From IMG/VR virus record IMGVR_UViG_3300028840_008159: 20,000 bases of DNA, one strand, 5' to 3'. Below, in pieces: positions 7,832 to 15,289 of this stretch. The notes under the pieces were generated by a model, which worked only from the letters and a program-made list of their open reading frames with translations, was not told where the DNA came from and searched no databases. The position numbers and the translations under genes were made by a program. The DNA is from an uncultured virus (IMG/VR IMGVR_UViG_3300028840_008159) (taxonomy: Duplodnaviria > Heunggongvirae > Uroviricota > Caudoviricetes). Every line of letters starts with the position of its first letter. Position 1 is the stretch's first letter.

Positions 7832-8218
7832 TTAGTGCTCGCTGGGCAGCATCGCCACCCAATGCCGACCATCGCCCAACGGCTGCACCCAGACGCGGAC
7901 CTTGTCCATCGGGAAGTCCGTGAACGGGATCTCCTGCCGGATCGCCACGTCGTCCTTGTCCCGCTCGCACGTCAGGACCGCCGACTTGTTCGCGGCGACC
8001 TCCAGAGTCCAGAACTGGTAATCCCGCAGCGACGGGTCCTTCAGGGCTTCCGGTTGGTGGCTGGCGATCGCGTCGATCAGCCAGAACGCCTCGCCCTCTT
8101 GGGCGAGGAACAGGACGCCGTCCGTCACGACCAATCCGCCATGCAGGGGCGAAAGCTTGTGGTACGCCTCGGTCCCGATGAACTGGTCCAGCGATCCTTC
8201 GAGTTCAGTCGCGTTCAT
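7832..8218 (-). CDS. DUF6876-like protein, 128 aa
   Basis: F.GTE.YH, TDGV.FLA, WLIDAIAS.Q, QFW.L, Q.IPFTDFP, LPSEH; family recalled from memory. Confidence 0.75.
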   Translation of the reverse strand: MNATELEGSLDQFIGTEAYHKLSPLHGGLVVTDGVLFLAQEGEAFWLIDAIASHQPEALKDPSLRDYQFWTLEVAANKSAVLTCERDKDDVAIRQEIPFTDFPMDKVRVWVQPLGDGRHWVAMLPSEH

Positions 8219-8245
8219 GCCTTTCCCCTTTCGACCCCCAAGGAC

Positions 8246-8264
8246 GGGCCTTCGGCGTTCCTGG
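8246..8264 (-). promoter_or_regulatory. start-associated motif copy
   Basis: CCAGG AACGC CGAAGGCCC GTCCTTGGG. Confidence 0.85.
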
Positions 8265-8609
8265 TCAGGAGGCACGCTCGCAGAAGAAGTCCAGCTTGGC
8301 GAGCAGCAGGGCGGCGACCGCCGGGTACCACCTTGGGTTCCGGGCAGCCGAAGCCAGGAAGTCCAGGACCGTCCCGGCACTCACGTAGTCGGAACCCTCG
8401 TCGCCGCACCGGATGCAGACGTGGGCGACCCCGTCTTGGTCATGCACGTAAACGTCGTACTTCCTGATCTCCGCCCGACCAATTTGCTGAACGGATCCCA
8501 GGTACTCGCTGCGCCTATGGCCGCAGCCATCCTCGTACAGCGGCCCCTCGCACCCGTGAATGTCCGGGTCGTAGGCGTCATGGATGGCATGAGTCATCTT
8601 GATCCGCAT
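8265..8609 (-). CDS. hypothetical protein, 114 aa
   Basis: GGAG/AGG SD, fills the gap between neighbours. Confidence 0.7.
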   Translation of the reverse strand: MRIKMTHAIHDAYDPDIHGCEGPLYEDGCGHRRSEYLGSVQQIGRAEIRKYDVYVHDQDGVAHVCIRCGDEGSDYVSAGTVLDFLASAARNPRWYPAVAALLLAKLDFFCERAS

Positions 8610-8615
8610 GGGGAC

Positions 8616-8816
8616 CTACTCCTCCAGCAGCCTGACGTTCGACGAGCTGATGATCCACTCCTGATGGCCGCCCTCCTCGGTCTCGGTCACGATGATGACC
8701 GATGCCGACTTGTGGTCACCGTCGTAGGAAACGTCCTTCACGCGGGGATCCCCGCGTGGCTCCCCGTAGTTATCAAGGGCTTGGTAGATCAGGTCGATGA
8801 TCTTGGTTTCATCCAT
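8616..8816 (-). CDS. hypothetical protein, 66 aa
   Basis: AAAGGGA SD before ATG 8816. Confidence 0.7.
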   Translation of the reverse strand: MDETKIIDLIYQALDNYGEPRGDPRVKDVSYDGDHKSASVIIVTETEEGGHQEWIISSSNVRLLEE

Positions 8817-8839
8817 GAGTCGGTCCCTTTCTCCGGGCT

Positions 8840-9151
8840 TCAAGCCTCGAACTTCTTGGCCCCTTCGCCGTCCCACGTCGCCGGGCCGTCCGACTCCACG
8901 TGGAGGGCGTAGGCCAACGCCTTCTCGTTCCCCTCCTCGTACTCGCAGACCAGCTCGCCGTAGGTCCCGAAGTCGTGCGGGGACCACTTGATCACGAGCC
9001 GCGCCCCCTCCGGCTCCGGCCCGCACTTCTCGCGGATCAGGTCCCGGTAACGGGTCATCTCCTCGGTGGCCTTGGCCCGGTAATCAGGTGCTCCGACCTG
9101 GACGCAATCCTCCTCGCAGGGGGACGAGCCGATGTAGACGTAGTCGGTCAT
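8840..9151 (-). CDS. conserved phage hypothetical protein, 103 aa (IGSSP.EEDCVQVG...HDFGTY)
   Basis: ATGA coupling with upstream small gene; motif familiar from phage proteins. Confidence 0.8.
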   Translation of the reverse strand: MTDYVYIGSSPCEEDCVQVGAPDYRAKATEEMTRYRDLIREKCGPEPEGARLVIKWSPHDFGTYGELVCEYEEGNEKALAYALHVESDGPATWDGEGAKKFEA

Positions 9152-9315
9152 GCCTTTTTCTCCCTCTCGTTCTCGATGATAAGCAGCTCGCGCATGAGTC
9201 GCAAGTCCTTGTCGTTGCAGGACATCGACATCAAGAAGAGCAGCGCGGACAGCAGGGGTTCCCGACTGGATCGGGCCGCGAGACGGATCAGTTCTTGGTA
9301 CTCGTTGGATTCCAT
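9148..9315 (-). CDS. small helical protein, 55 aa (MESNEYQELIRLAARS...), paralog of 9597-9752
   Basis: own translation; SD AAAGGGG; 27 of the first 45 residues identical to the paralog. Confidence 0.8.
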   Translation of the reverse strand: MESNEYQELIRLAARSSREPLLSALLFLMSMSCNDKDLRLMRELLIIENEREKKA

Positions 9316-9320
9316 CGGCG

Positions 9321-9356
9321 GGTTCCCCTTTCGTCGCCGGTTCCCCTTTCGTCGCC
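9321..9356. repeat. perfect 18-bp tandem duplication containing the SD
   Basis: GGTTCCCCTTTCGTCGCC x2. Confidence 0.9.
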
Positions 9357-9365
9357 CCCAAGGAC

Positions 9366-9384
9366 GGGCCTTCGGGGAACCTGG
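9366..9384 (-). promoter_or_regulatory. start-associated motif copy
   Basis: CCAGG TTCCC CGAAGGCCC GTCCTTGGG. Confidence 0.85.
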
Positions 9385-9387
9385 CTT

Positions 9388-9600
9388 TCAAAGGTCGGCG
9401 GGTTTGCCGACGCCAGGAAAATTGTAGTCGCCCCGCTTGACGGCCTCAAGCTCGGCCTTGGACGCTTCGGCGTATTTTGGATGAGCCTTCTCCTTGGCGA
9501 GGCAATCCATGCAGATTATGTCCTCGTTGAACTTGGACATGATGGTCACGGCGGTTTGGTCGCCGCATCGATCGCAAGTCCCGGATGGTGATCTCGTCAT
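9388..9600 (-). CDS. conserved small Zn-binding protein, 70 aa (CDRC...MSKFN...CMDC...GDYNFPGVG)
   Basis: GAGGGG SD, ATGA overlap, two CxxC. Confidence 0.8.
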   Translation of the reverse strand: MTRSPSGTCDRCGDQTAVTIMSKFNEDIICMDCLAKEKAHPKYAEASKAELEAVKRGDYNFPGVGKPADL

Positions 9601-9752
9601 TTCCCCTCTCCTCCTCCCAGTATCTCCCGGACGCTCTGCAAGTCCTTGTCGTCGCGGAGCATCGCCATCGCGTAGAGCAACGCGGCCAGTAGGGGTTGAC
9701 GGTCCGACCGCTGCGCGAGCTTGACGAGCTGAACGTATTCGTTTGATTCCAT
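9597..9752 (-). CDS. small helical protein, 51 aa (MESNEYVQLVKLAQRS...), paralog of 9148-9315
   Basis: own translation; GGGGGAGG SD; behind motif copy. Confidence 0.8.
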   Translation of the reverse strand: MESNEYVQLVKLAQRSDRQPLLAALLYAMAMLRDDKDLQSVREILGGGEGK

Positions 9753-9778
9753 TGCCTCCCCCTTTCGTCCCCAAGGGC

Positions 9779-9797
9779 GGGCCTTCGGCGTTCCTGG
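9779..9797 (-). promoter_or_regulatory. start-associated motif copy
   Basis: CCAGG AACGC CGAAGGCCC GCCCTTGGG. Confidence 0.85.
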
Positions 9798-9814
9798 TCT
9801 TCAGGCACGTTCGG

Positions 9815-10276
9815 TCAGAGGGCGTTCTCGTCCCAGAACTTCTCGGCCTCCTCGCGAGTCATCCTGAACCCGTAGTAGGCGACGCGAGTCTCCGTGGTCT
9901 CGACGACCTTCTTCCTGGCCTTCCACCAGCACCAGGTATGCTGCCGCCACACGCCGTCGCGTGACAGGGCGTACCCGGTCATGATCTCCAGCTTGTCCTT
10001 GTTGTTCTCCCACAGGCAGCACGAGTTGAAGTGACACTTGCAGTTCGCGCCGCGCCTCATCAGCGGGCGCCCGGTCTTCAGCTCGCCGCGCTCCATGATG
10101 GCCTTCAGGTCTTCCTCGATGACGGGCAGGATGACCCACTTGCCGCCCAGCCCGACCAGCCGGTCACGCAACGGACCCAGCTCCGGGGCCTGCTTCAGCA
10201 CGCCGCGCTCGCGGTCGTCCAGGAACTCCCGGCGTTCATCGTCCACGCGCTCGGCCTTGTACCTGATCCTTGGCAT
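9815..10276 (-). CDS. hypothetical protein, 153 aa, possible transglutaminase/papain-like fold
   Basis: CHFN...TGYAL..DG.WRQHTW...VVETT, a C/H/acidic triad pattern; TGATG coupling. Confidence 0.7.
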   Translation of the reverse strand: MPRIRYKAERVDDERREFLDDRERGVLKQAPELGPLRDRLVGLGGKWVILPVIEEDLKAIMERGELKTGRPLMRRGANCKCHFNSCCLWENNKDKLEIMTGYALSRDGVWRQHTWCWWKARKKVVETTETRVAYYGFRMTREEAEKFWDENAL

Positions 10277-10461
10277 CAGCTCGCCTTCCTGCAAAGTCCG
10301 TGGTCGATCATCGACTGGGCCACGCGACCGTAGTGCCCCTGGAGTCGCCACGCCATCCCGGAGTCGATGAGTTCCTGGAAGAACTCGATCTGCTCCTCTC
10401 GCGTCATCCGGCCATCCTCGTAGGCCATGATCTTGTCGAGCAGCTTGGATTCGGCAGCCAT
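10276..10461 (-). CDS. conserved small phage protein, 61 aa (AYE.G...FQELIDSG.AW.LQG.YGR)
   Basis: GAGGAG SD; widespread phage family recalled from memory (possibly DUF7417). Confidence 0.8.
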   Translation of the reverse strand: MAAESKLLDKIMAYEDGRMTREEQIEFFQELIDSGMAWRLQGHYGRVAQSMIDHGLCRKAS

Positions 10462-10471
10462 GATCTCCTCC

Positions 10472-10798
10472 TCAGACCGCGTACTGGAGGGGGAACGCGG
10501 GTTCCCCGCACCTCGGGCAGAAGAACTCGCCGTCCTTCTTGACCGGCTCGTCATGCTCGACGAACGAGTTCCACCCGCAGCGGAGGTTGTTGTCCTTGAC
10601 ATGCTGGATGTGCTTGCAGTCCTTGCGGAACTTGTACCCCTCGCATTCGCAGGAGTAGTCGTACTGGACCTCGTGGTTGCGATGGGAATGGCGATCCCAA
10701 GTGACCTTGTAACGGCGCCCCTTGGACCCATCGACCGTCGAGGACCATTCCCGGTCAGTCTCGCAATGCCAGAAGGTCTCGAGCGTCAGGTCAGGCAT
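10472..10798 (-). CDS. SWIM zinc finger protein with extra C-terminal CxxC, 108 aa
   Basis: GSKG..Y.V...YSCECEGYKFRKDCKHI (CxC-x7-CxH). Confidence 0.8.
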   Translation of the reverse strand: MPDLTLETFWHCETDREWSSTVDGSKGRRYKVTWDRHSHRNHEVQYDYSCECEGYKFRKDCKHIQHVKDNNLRCGWNSFVEHDEPVKKDGEFFCPRCGEPAFPLQYAV

Positions 10799-10823
10799 CT
10801 TGTCTTCCTCCCGCCCCAAGGAC

Positions 10824-10842
10824 GGGCCTTCGGACGTCCTGG
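10824..10842 (-). promoter_or_regulatory. start-associated motif copy
   Basis: CCAGG ACGTC CGAAGGCCC GTCCTTGGG. Confidence 0.85.
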
Positions 10843-10870
10843 ACGATCTTGGCAAGCAGCATGATCGTTC

Positions 10871-11086
10871 CTAGCTCGGGAAACAGTCGTCGCACATGCC
10901 GCTGACGAACAACTCGCGCTCGCTCGCGGGCATCGTCGGGAAGGCGTTCTGCACGAGCGCGCCCGCGAGGTACTTCTTGACGCCCTCGATGGGGGCGCGC
11001 AACTCCTGCTCCTTGCCGCAGCAGGGGCAGGTGAAAACGCATACCGCGTGCGTGTCGTCCTGATCCTTGACCTTGAACGGAGCCAT
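10871..11086 (-). CDS. small Zn-binding protein, 71 aa
   Basis: CPCC...LVQNAFP...ERE...SGMCDDC. Confidence 0.8.
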   Translation of the reverse strand: MAPFKVKDQDDTHAVCVFTCPCCGKEQELRAPIEGVKKYLAGALVQNAFPTMPASERELFVSGMCDDCFPS

Positions 11087-11103
11087 GTCTTTCCCCTTTC
11101 TCC

Positions 11104-11316
11104 TCAGTCCCAGAATGCCTTGCCCATCTCGGCCTCGGTGATCCCGCCGCCGTGATACTCGACGAGGCTGTCGAAGCCATCAAAGTCCTCATGCCAGTAG
11201 CGGGAGTCGTACCGCTCCTTGAACGCCTCCCAGAGAGCGTCCTTGACCTGCTCGCGGCTGGTCCCTACGCAGGCGAGCGCGTACTTGGTCTCGACCCGTC
11301 CAATGAATACCTTCAT
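11104..11316 (-). CDS. hypothetical protein, 70 aa
   Basis: SD and motif copy upstream. Confidence 0.75.
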   Translation of the reverse strand: MKVFIGRVETKYALACVGTSREQVKDALWEAFKERYDSRYWHEDFDGFDSLVEYHGGGITEAEMGKAFWD

Positions 11317-11342
11317 GCCTTCCCCCTTTCGACCCCAAGGAG

Positions 11343-11361
11343 GGGCCTTCGGCGTTCCTGG
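11343..11361 (-). promoter_or_regulatory. start-associated motif copy
   Basis: CCAGG AACGC CGAAGGCCC CTCCTTGGG. Confidence 0.85.
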
Positions 11362-11373
11362 CCGTCAGGCACG

Positions 11374-11751
11374 TCAGGCGAACGTGAACCCGTCCATGCC
11401 CAAGTCCTTCATCGTCTGGTCGATCTGGCCCAGCATCGCCTCTCCCATCGGCTCCTCGCTGAAGAACTTCCTGCCGTTGGAGTCGAGGGGGAGCTTGGCG
11501 TTCCACTCGTCGAAGAAGACGCGGTACACGTCCTTCTCCAGCGCGACGGCGTATCGCCCGTTCAGCAGGTCGGCTACGTCGAGGGCGTGTTCCCGTAGCC
11601 AAGCCTTCTGGTCGGGGGTCAGCAGCTTGTCCCTGATCACGGCGCAGACGCGACGGTCGTCGAATTCCGTCGCCTCCTCCAACGCCTCCATGATCGGGTC
11701 GGGGTGAGGGACGTACTTGACGCCCCTGCGCGTCTTGATCGTCTTTCCCAT
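11374..11751 (-). CDS. hypothetical protein, 125 aa
   Basis: AAGGAG SD before ATG 11751. Confidence 0.75.
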   Translation of the reverse strand: MGKTIKTRRGVKYVPHPDPIMEALEEATEFDDRRVCAVIRDKLLTPDQKAWLREHALDVADLLNGRYAVALEKDVYRVFFDEWNAKLPLDSNGRKFFSEEPMGEAMLGQIDQTMKDLGMDGFTFA

Positions 11752-11765
11752 GTTTTCTCCTTGGA

Positions 11766-12746
11766 TCACATGTGGCGCATGACCACGTCGGCCTTGTACT
11801 TGGCGATGGCGTCCTTGACGCGCTTCAGGTCATCCGCCTGCTCCGGCGTGTCGAAGCACTTGTCGAGGCGGTCAGTATCGTCTCCCGGCTCGCCCCCGGC
11901 GTACCAGACGTTGCCCACGTCGTCCTCCAGGTACAGGTCGTCAACCGCGCTGAAATCGTCGCCAACCTCGTCCTGCTCGCAGTCGATGTAGGCCGTGCCG
12001 CCCTTCGGGAAGGTGATGACGTCCTCGGGCTTCCCGTCGTCGGGAGAGATGAACAGGAACGTGGTACCGGGCTTGATCTCCTTCTTGCCGATGTACCCGC
12101 GCCGCTTGAGGTCGAACTCGACGTGCTTCTTCGAGGCGCGCTCCAGCGTGTGATATTCCTTGTCCAGAACCTCGTGGATGGCCCCTCCGGGGATGGGCTC
12201 GGCCGGGGGAGCGATGGGCTGGAAGAAGCCGTCGGTCGGGAACTTCTTGTATCCCTCCCCGAACACCTCGCGCCAAGCCTTCTCGTCGTCGATTTCGGAC
12301 TCGTCGTCGTCGGACGAGCTTGCCGGAACGGTCGCCGGAACCGGCGCCTCGACCTTGCACTCCGAGACGATCTTGCGCAGGACCGCCTCGGCCTTGGACT
12401 CGTCCTCGTAATACTCGCCGTCCAGCAACGCCCCGGGCGAGACGTCGTACACCTCGTCGTCCGTCGCCCTCGTCACCGCGACCCATTTCAGGCGGTCGAT
12501 CATCGGCTTGCAGCCCCTCTTGCATCGCTCCGCGTCGGCCTTGGCGCAAGCCTCGTCGATCTTGACGTTGCGGAACAGACGGATGAAGCCCGTCGCCGCG
12601 TTGCCCATCTTCTTGACCCGCTTCCAGAGCTTCGGGTCGGTGAGCTCGGACAACTCGCCGGGTATCTCGTTGCCCTTGCGATTTTCCTCGGCCCAATGGT
12701 CGCAGATCGCCTTGACGCAATCCTTGGTCGTGATCTTGTCAGACAT
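11766..12746 (-). CDS. hypothetical acidic protein, 326 aa, probably two domains
   Basis: AAGGAGG SD; low-complexity linker APVPATVPASSSDDDES. Confidence 0.8.
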   Translation of the reverse strand: MSDKITTKDCVKAICDHWAEENRKGNEIPGELSELTDPKLWKRVKKMGNAATGFIRLFRNVKIDEACAKADAERCKRGCKPMIDRLKWVAVTRATDDEVYDVSPGALLDGEYYEDESKAEAVLRKIVSECKVEAPVPATVPASSSDDDESEIDDEKAWREVFGEGYKKFPTDGFFQPIAPPAEPIPGGAIHEVLDKEYHTLERASKKHVEFDLKRRGYIGKKEIKPGTTFLFISPDDGKPEDVITFPKGGTAYIDCEQDEVGDDFSAVDDLYLEDDVGNVWYAGGEPGDDTDRLDKCFDTPEQADDLKRVKDAIAKYKADVVMRHM

Positions 12747-12773
12747 CCGTGAACCTCCTTCTCCTCCTCGGGC

Positions 12774-12792
12774 GGGCCTTCGGCGTTCCTGG
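12774..12792 (-). promoter_or_regulatory. start-associated motif copy
   Basis: CCAGG AACGC CGAAGGCCC. Confidence 0.85.
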
Positions 12793-12793
12793 C

Positions 12794-13033
12794 CTACGCC
12801 TCGAAATCATCCGGGTACACGAGCGTCCAGCCGACGTACTCGGCGATGGCCTCCGTCGTCGGGTAGTCCATCCCCTCCATCGGGATGACCACCATCGAGT
12901 CGTGAAAGCTGACCTCGCCGTCGCTCATCGGGACGACGACCATGTTGTGCTTCTTGCAAAGCTCCATCAGGTCGCGCATGAACTCGGCGGTCTTGGGATG
13001 CGCGTTCGCGTTGCAACCGTTTCCCTTGGGCAT
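12794..13033 (-). CDS. hypothetical protein, 79 aa
   Basis: GAGGAGG SD. Confidence 0.75.
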   Translation of the reverse strand: MPKGNGCNANAHPKTAEFMRDLMELCKKHNMVVVPMSDGEVSFHDSMVVIPMEGMDYPTTEAIAEYVGWTLVYPDDFEA

Positions 13034-13042
13034 GATGCCTCC

Positions 13043-13333
13043 TCACCTGCTTCGACGGGCCTTGCCGTCGCCTGGCCCGACCAACACGGCGTCGATCATG
13101 GCGACCCTGGCGCGCCTCGCCGCCTCCTCAAAGCTGTTCCGATACTTCAGGCGGTCATAGATGACCTTGCCGCGCCTCGCTATCCGGCAAGCCTCCGGCG
13201 TCCAGTCCTCGGGAATGACGCTGCGGGACCAGATGCGCAGGACTAGCTCGACGCGCTCGGATACGGTCAGGCTTCCCCAGTCGTTCTTCATCAGCCCCTT
13301 GGCGACGAACGACTTGATCTTGGACTCCGTCAT
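13043..13333 (-). CDS. hypothetical protein, 96 aa
   Basis: GAGGAG SD before ATG 13333. Confidence 0.7.
   Translation of the reverse strand: MTESKIKSFVAKGLMKNDWGSLTVSERVELVLRIWSRSVIPEDWTPEACRIARRGKVIYDRLKYRNSFEEAARRARVAMIDAVLVGPGDGKARRSR
13057..13075 (-). promoter_or_regulatory. start-associated motif copy inside the 3' end of a CDS
   Basis: CCAGG CGACG GCAAGGCCC. Confidence 0.7.
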
Positions 13334-13343
13334 CGGCTCCTCC

Positions 13344-13751
13344 TCAGATGACCGCCGATTCAAGCTCGGCGACCTTGGCCTTGAGGTTCCTGATCTTCCG
13401 CTCGATGAGCCTGCGCATGTCGTCGAAGTGCTTATCGACGTGAGCCTCGAAGTCGGCCCATGTCTTCCTCGGATGCGTCGGGTAGTCGCGGGCGACCTTC
13501 TCGTTATGGGCGTCGAACGCGGCCTTGATCCGGTCCTTGTTCGCCTCCCAACCGGCGCGGGTCAGGAACAGGAAGCCCTGCTCCTTCCCGACGCAGGGGC
13601 GATGAGCTTCCGACTCGACCTTGACGCGCATGAGCCACTCGTCGGGAACCTCCTCCATCACGGGCGTCCCCCCGATCCACCCGTCAGGGACTTGTAGGGT
13701 GACGTGTCCCTGCGAGGCCAGCATCGTGATCGTGTCCTTGATGATCCTCAT
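13344..13751 (-). CDS. hypothetical protein, 135 aa, C-terminal coiled coil
   Basis: GGGAGG SD. Confidence 0.75.
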   Translation of the reverse strand: MRIIKDTITMLASQGHVTLQVPDGWIGGTPVMEEVPDEWLMRVKVESEAHRPCVGKEQGFLFLTRAGWEANKDRIKAAFDAHNEKVARDYPTHPRKTWADFEAHVDKHFDDMRRLIERKIRNLKAKVAELESAVI

Positions 13752-13766
13752 GCGTTCCTCCCTGAA

Positions 13767-14144
13767 TTATCGGTTGAACCATTGGACATGGGTCGCGTCC
13801 TTCGGCAGGTCGCTCATGTCGCTCGGGCTGATGGGCTGGCTGGACGCCTTGCCGTCCTTGACCGGATAGCCGAACCCGTCGTCGTCGGTCAGGCATCCAG
13901 ACCGGACGCCGCAACGCCATGTCTCGACGGTCATCAGGTTGCCGATGCCGCCGACCTCCTCGGTATACCGGCCCCGCGACCGTCGCTTGGCGACCTCTCG
14001 GCAGTCTCCGCAGCGAAGCCACGTGACGTCGTCGTCCATCGGCCTCGAAGGCAGGGAGGAGTCGGCGTAGGCGGACTCGACGCGGTTGCCATCCTCGTCC
14101 GTCAGGATCGTCCCGCAGTTAAGGCATTTGGTCTGGATGCCCAT
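13767..14144 (-). CDS. hypothetical protein, 125 aa, with CxxC pairs
   Basis: GAGGAG SD; CLNC, CGDC. Confidence 0.75.
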   Translation of the reverse strand: MGIQTKCLNCGTILTDEDGNRVESAYADSSLPSRPMDDDVTWLRCGDCREVAKRRSRGRYTEEVGGIGNLMTVETWRCGVRSGCLTDDDGFGYPVKDGKASSQPISPSDMSDLPKDATHVQWFNR

Positions 14145-14167
14145 GTCTCCTCCTCTCCCTCAAGGGA

Positions 14168-14186
14168 GGGCTTTCGTCTTGCCTGG
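14168..14186 (-). promoter_or_regulatory. start-associated motif copy
   Basis: CCAGG CAAGA CGAAAGCCC TCCCTTG. Confidence 0.75.
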
Positions 14187-14203
14187 TATCGGCGTGTCTT
14201 GGG

Positions 14204-14326
14204 TCAGGACTTGCGACGGCGGGCCAGCAGCGCGACGAGCCAGCCCCAGAACGAGGCTGGCCGTCCCTCCTGACGGGCCATGATGCGCAGAACGCGCTCC
14301 CTGCGGTAGTCGGTTGGCATGTCCAT
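14204..14326 (-). CDS. possible small peptide, 40 aa (MDMPTDYRRERVLRIM...FWGWLVALLARRRKS)
   Basis: own translation; fills the gap; weak SD. Confidence 0.45.
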   Translation of the reverse strand: MDMPTDYRRERVLRIMARQEGRPASFWGWLVALLARRRKS

Positions 14327-14338
14327 CTTATACGGGGA

Positions 14339-14677
14339 TCAACCCGCCTCCTCCTTGATCCTGTCGGGGTCGAACTCGGCCTCCTTCGCCAAGTCCCATG
14401 CCTCGTTCCAGAGGCTCGTGAACTCGGTGTCGAATGGCTCGACAGGCTCCCCGTCCTCGTCCGTCGCCAAGTCGGGGTCGATCCCGCAGTTGCGCATGGC
14501 CTCGTCCATGACCATGTTGGCATCGCAATAGTCATGGGTATGGCAGATGCTCGCCCCGGAACCTTCGTCGCGGTTGCGCTGGCCGGCGACGACTAGGAAG
14601 ACGCCAAGCTCTTTTACGAGCAGCCTTGAGAACTCCTTGGCGACGGCTACGGATTGGCTCATCGTCCGTGTCTCCAT
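14339..14677 (-). CDS. conserved hypothetical protein, 112 aa (CHTHDYCDANM...WNEAW)
   Basis: AAGGAAGG SD; putative metal-binding motif. Confidence 0.8.
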   Translation of the reverse strand: METRTMSQSVAVAKEFSRLLVKELGVFLVVAGQRNRDEGSGASICHTHDYCDANMVMDEAMRNCGIDPDLATDEDGEPVEPFDTEFTSLWNEAWDLAKEAEFDPDRIKEEAG

Positions 14678-14744
14678 CCTTCCTTTTTATGGGGGGCGGG
14701 AGGGGGGCGATCCTGCCGCCTCCCCCCCGCAGGGGGATGCCCGA

Positions 14745-15218
14745 TTACGGGGCGGGAACTACCGCGCCCGTCGCGGCGGGGCGCAGGGCGGGGCCAAGGT
14801 TGATGACCAGATCGAGGTCAACGTCCTTGGTGTAAACCTTGCCCTCATGCCGACGCGGGGGCAACGCCTTCATCGACTGGCGAATCTTCGCCTCGGTTCG
14901 GGCGTAGTCCGCGTTGAAGGCTTGGACGTAAGCCTCGGCCTTCTCGTCCATCGCCAAGGCCGTCGTCATGGCGACTTCGAGAGCCTCCATGAAGCGGTCC
15001 CGCTGGACGCCCATGACCTTGAAGGCCAGCGCGAGGGCCGCGACGGTGGGGATGGAGGTCGTAGGCGTATGCCATTCCTCCTCGCCCTTCGTCAGCTTGC
15101 CCTTCAGGTCGCAGATGATCCGCGTCCCGTCGAGGCGGTACTCGCCCGCGTCGATTTCCTTGCTCTTGGCCTTCAGAGCCTTCTGGATCGCCATCTTGAC
15201 GACTTCGTTGATGTCCAT
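14745..15218 (-). CDS. hypothetical protein, 157 aa
   Basis: AAGGAG SD before ATG 15218. Confidence 0.75.
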   Translation of the reverse strand: MDINEVVKMAIQKALKAKSKEIDAGEYRLDGTRIICDLKGKLTKGEEEWHTPTTSIPTVAALALAFKVMGVQRDRFMEALEVAMTTALAMDEKAEAYVQAFNADYARTEAKIRQSMKALPPRRHEGKVYTKDVDLDLVINLGPALRPAATGAVVPAP

Positions 15219-15264
15219 GAACCAGTCTCCTTTCCCCTTGTCTCCCTCGAACGGTCCCAAGGGC

Positions 15265-15283
15265 GGGCCTTCGCCCGACCTGG
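15265..15283 (-). promoter_or_regulatory. start-associated motif copy
   Basis: CCAGG TCGGG CGAAGGCCC GCCCTTGGG. Confidence 0.85.
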
Positions 15284-15289
15284 ACCGTA

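Noticed and set aside
8246..8264. N4-type hairpin promoter from GCC-GAA-GGC
   Set aside because: The stem is not preserved across copies with different N5, and the GAA loop is on the non-template strand.
14696..14730. GC hairpin as a terminator
   Set aside because: Followed by an A-run on the sense strand and no U-tract in either direction.
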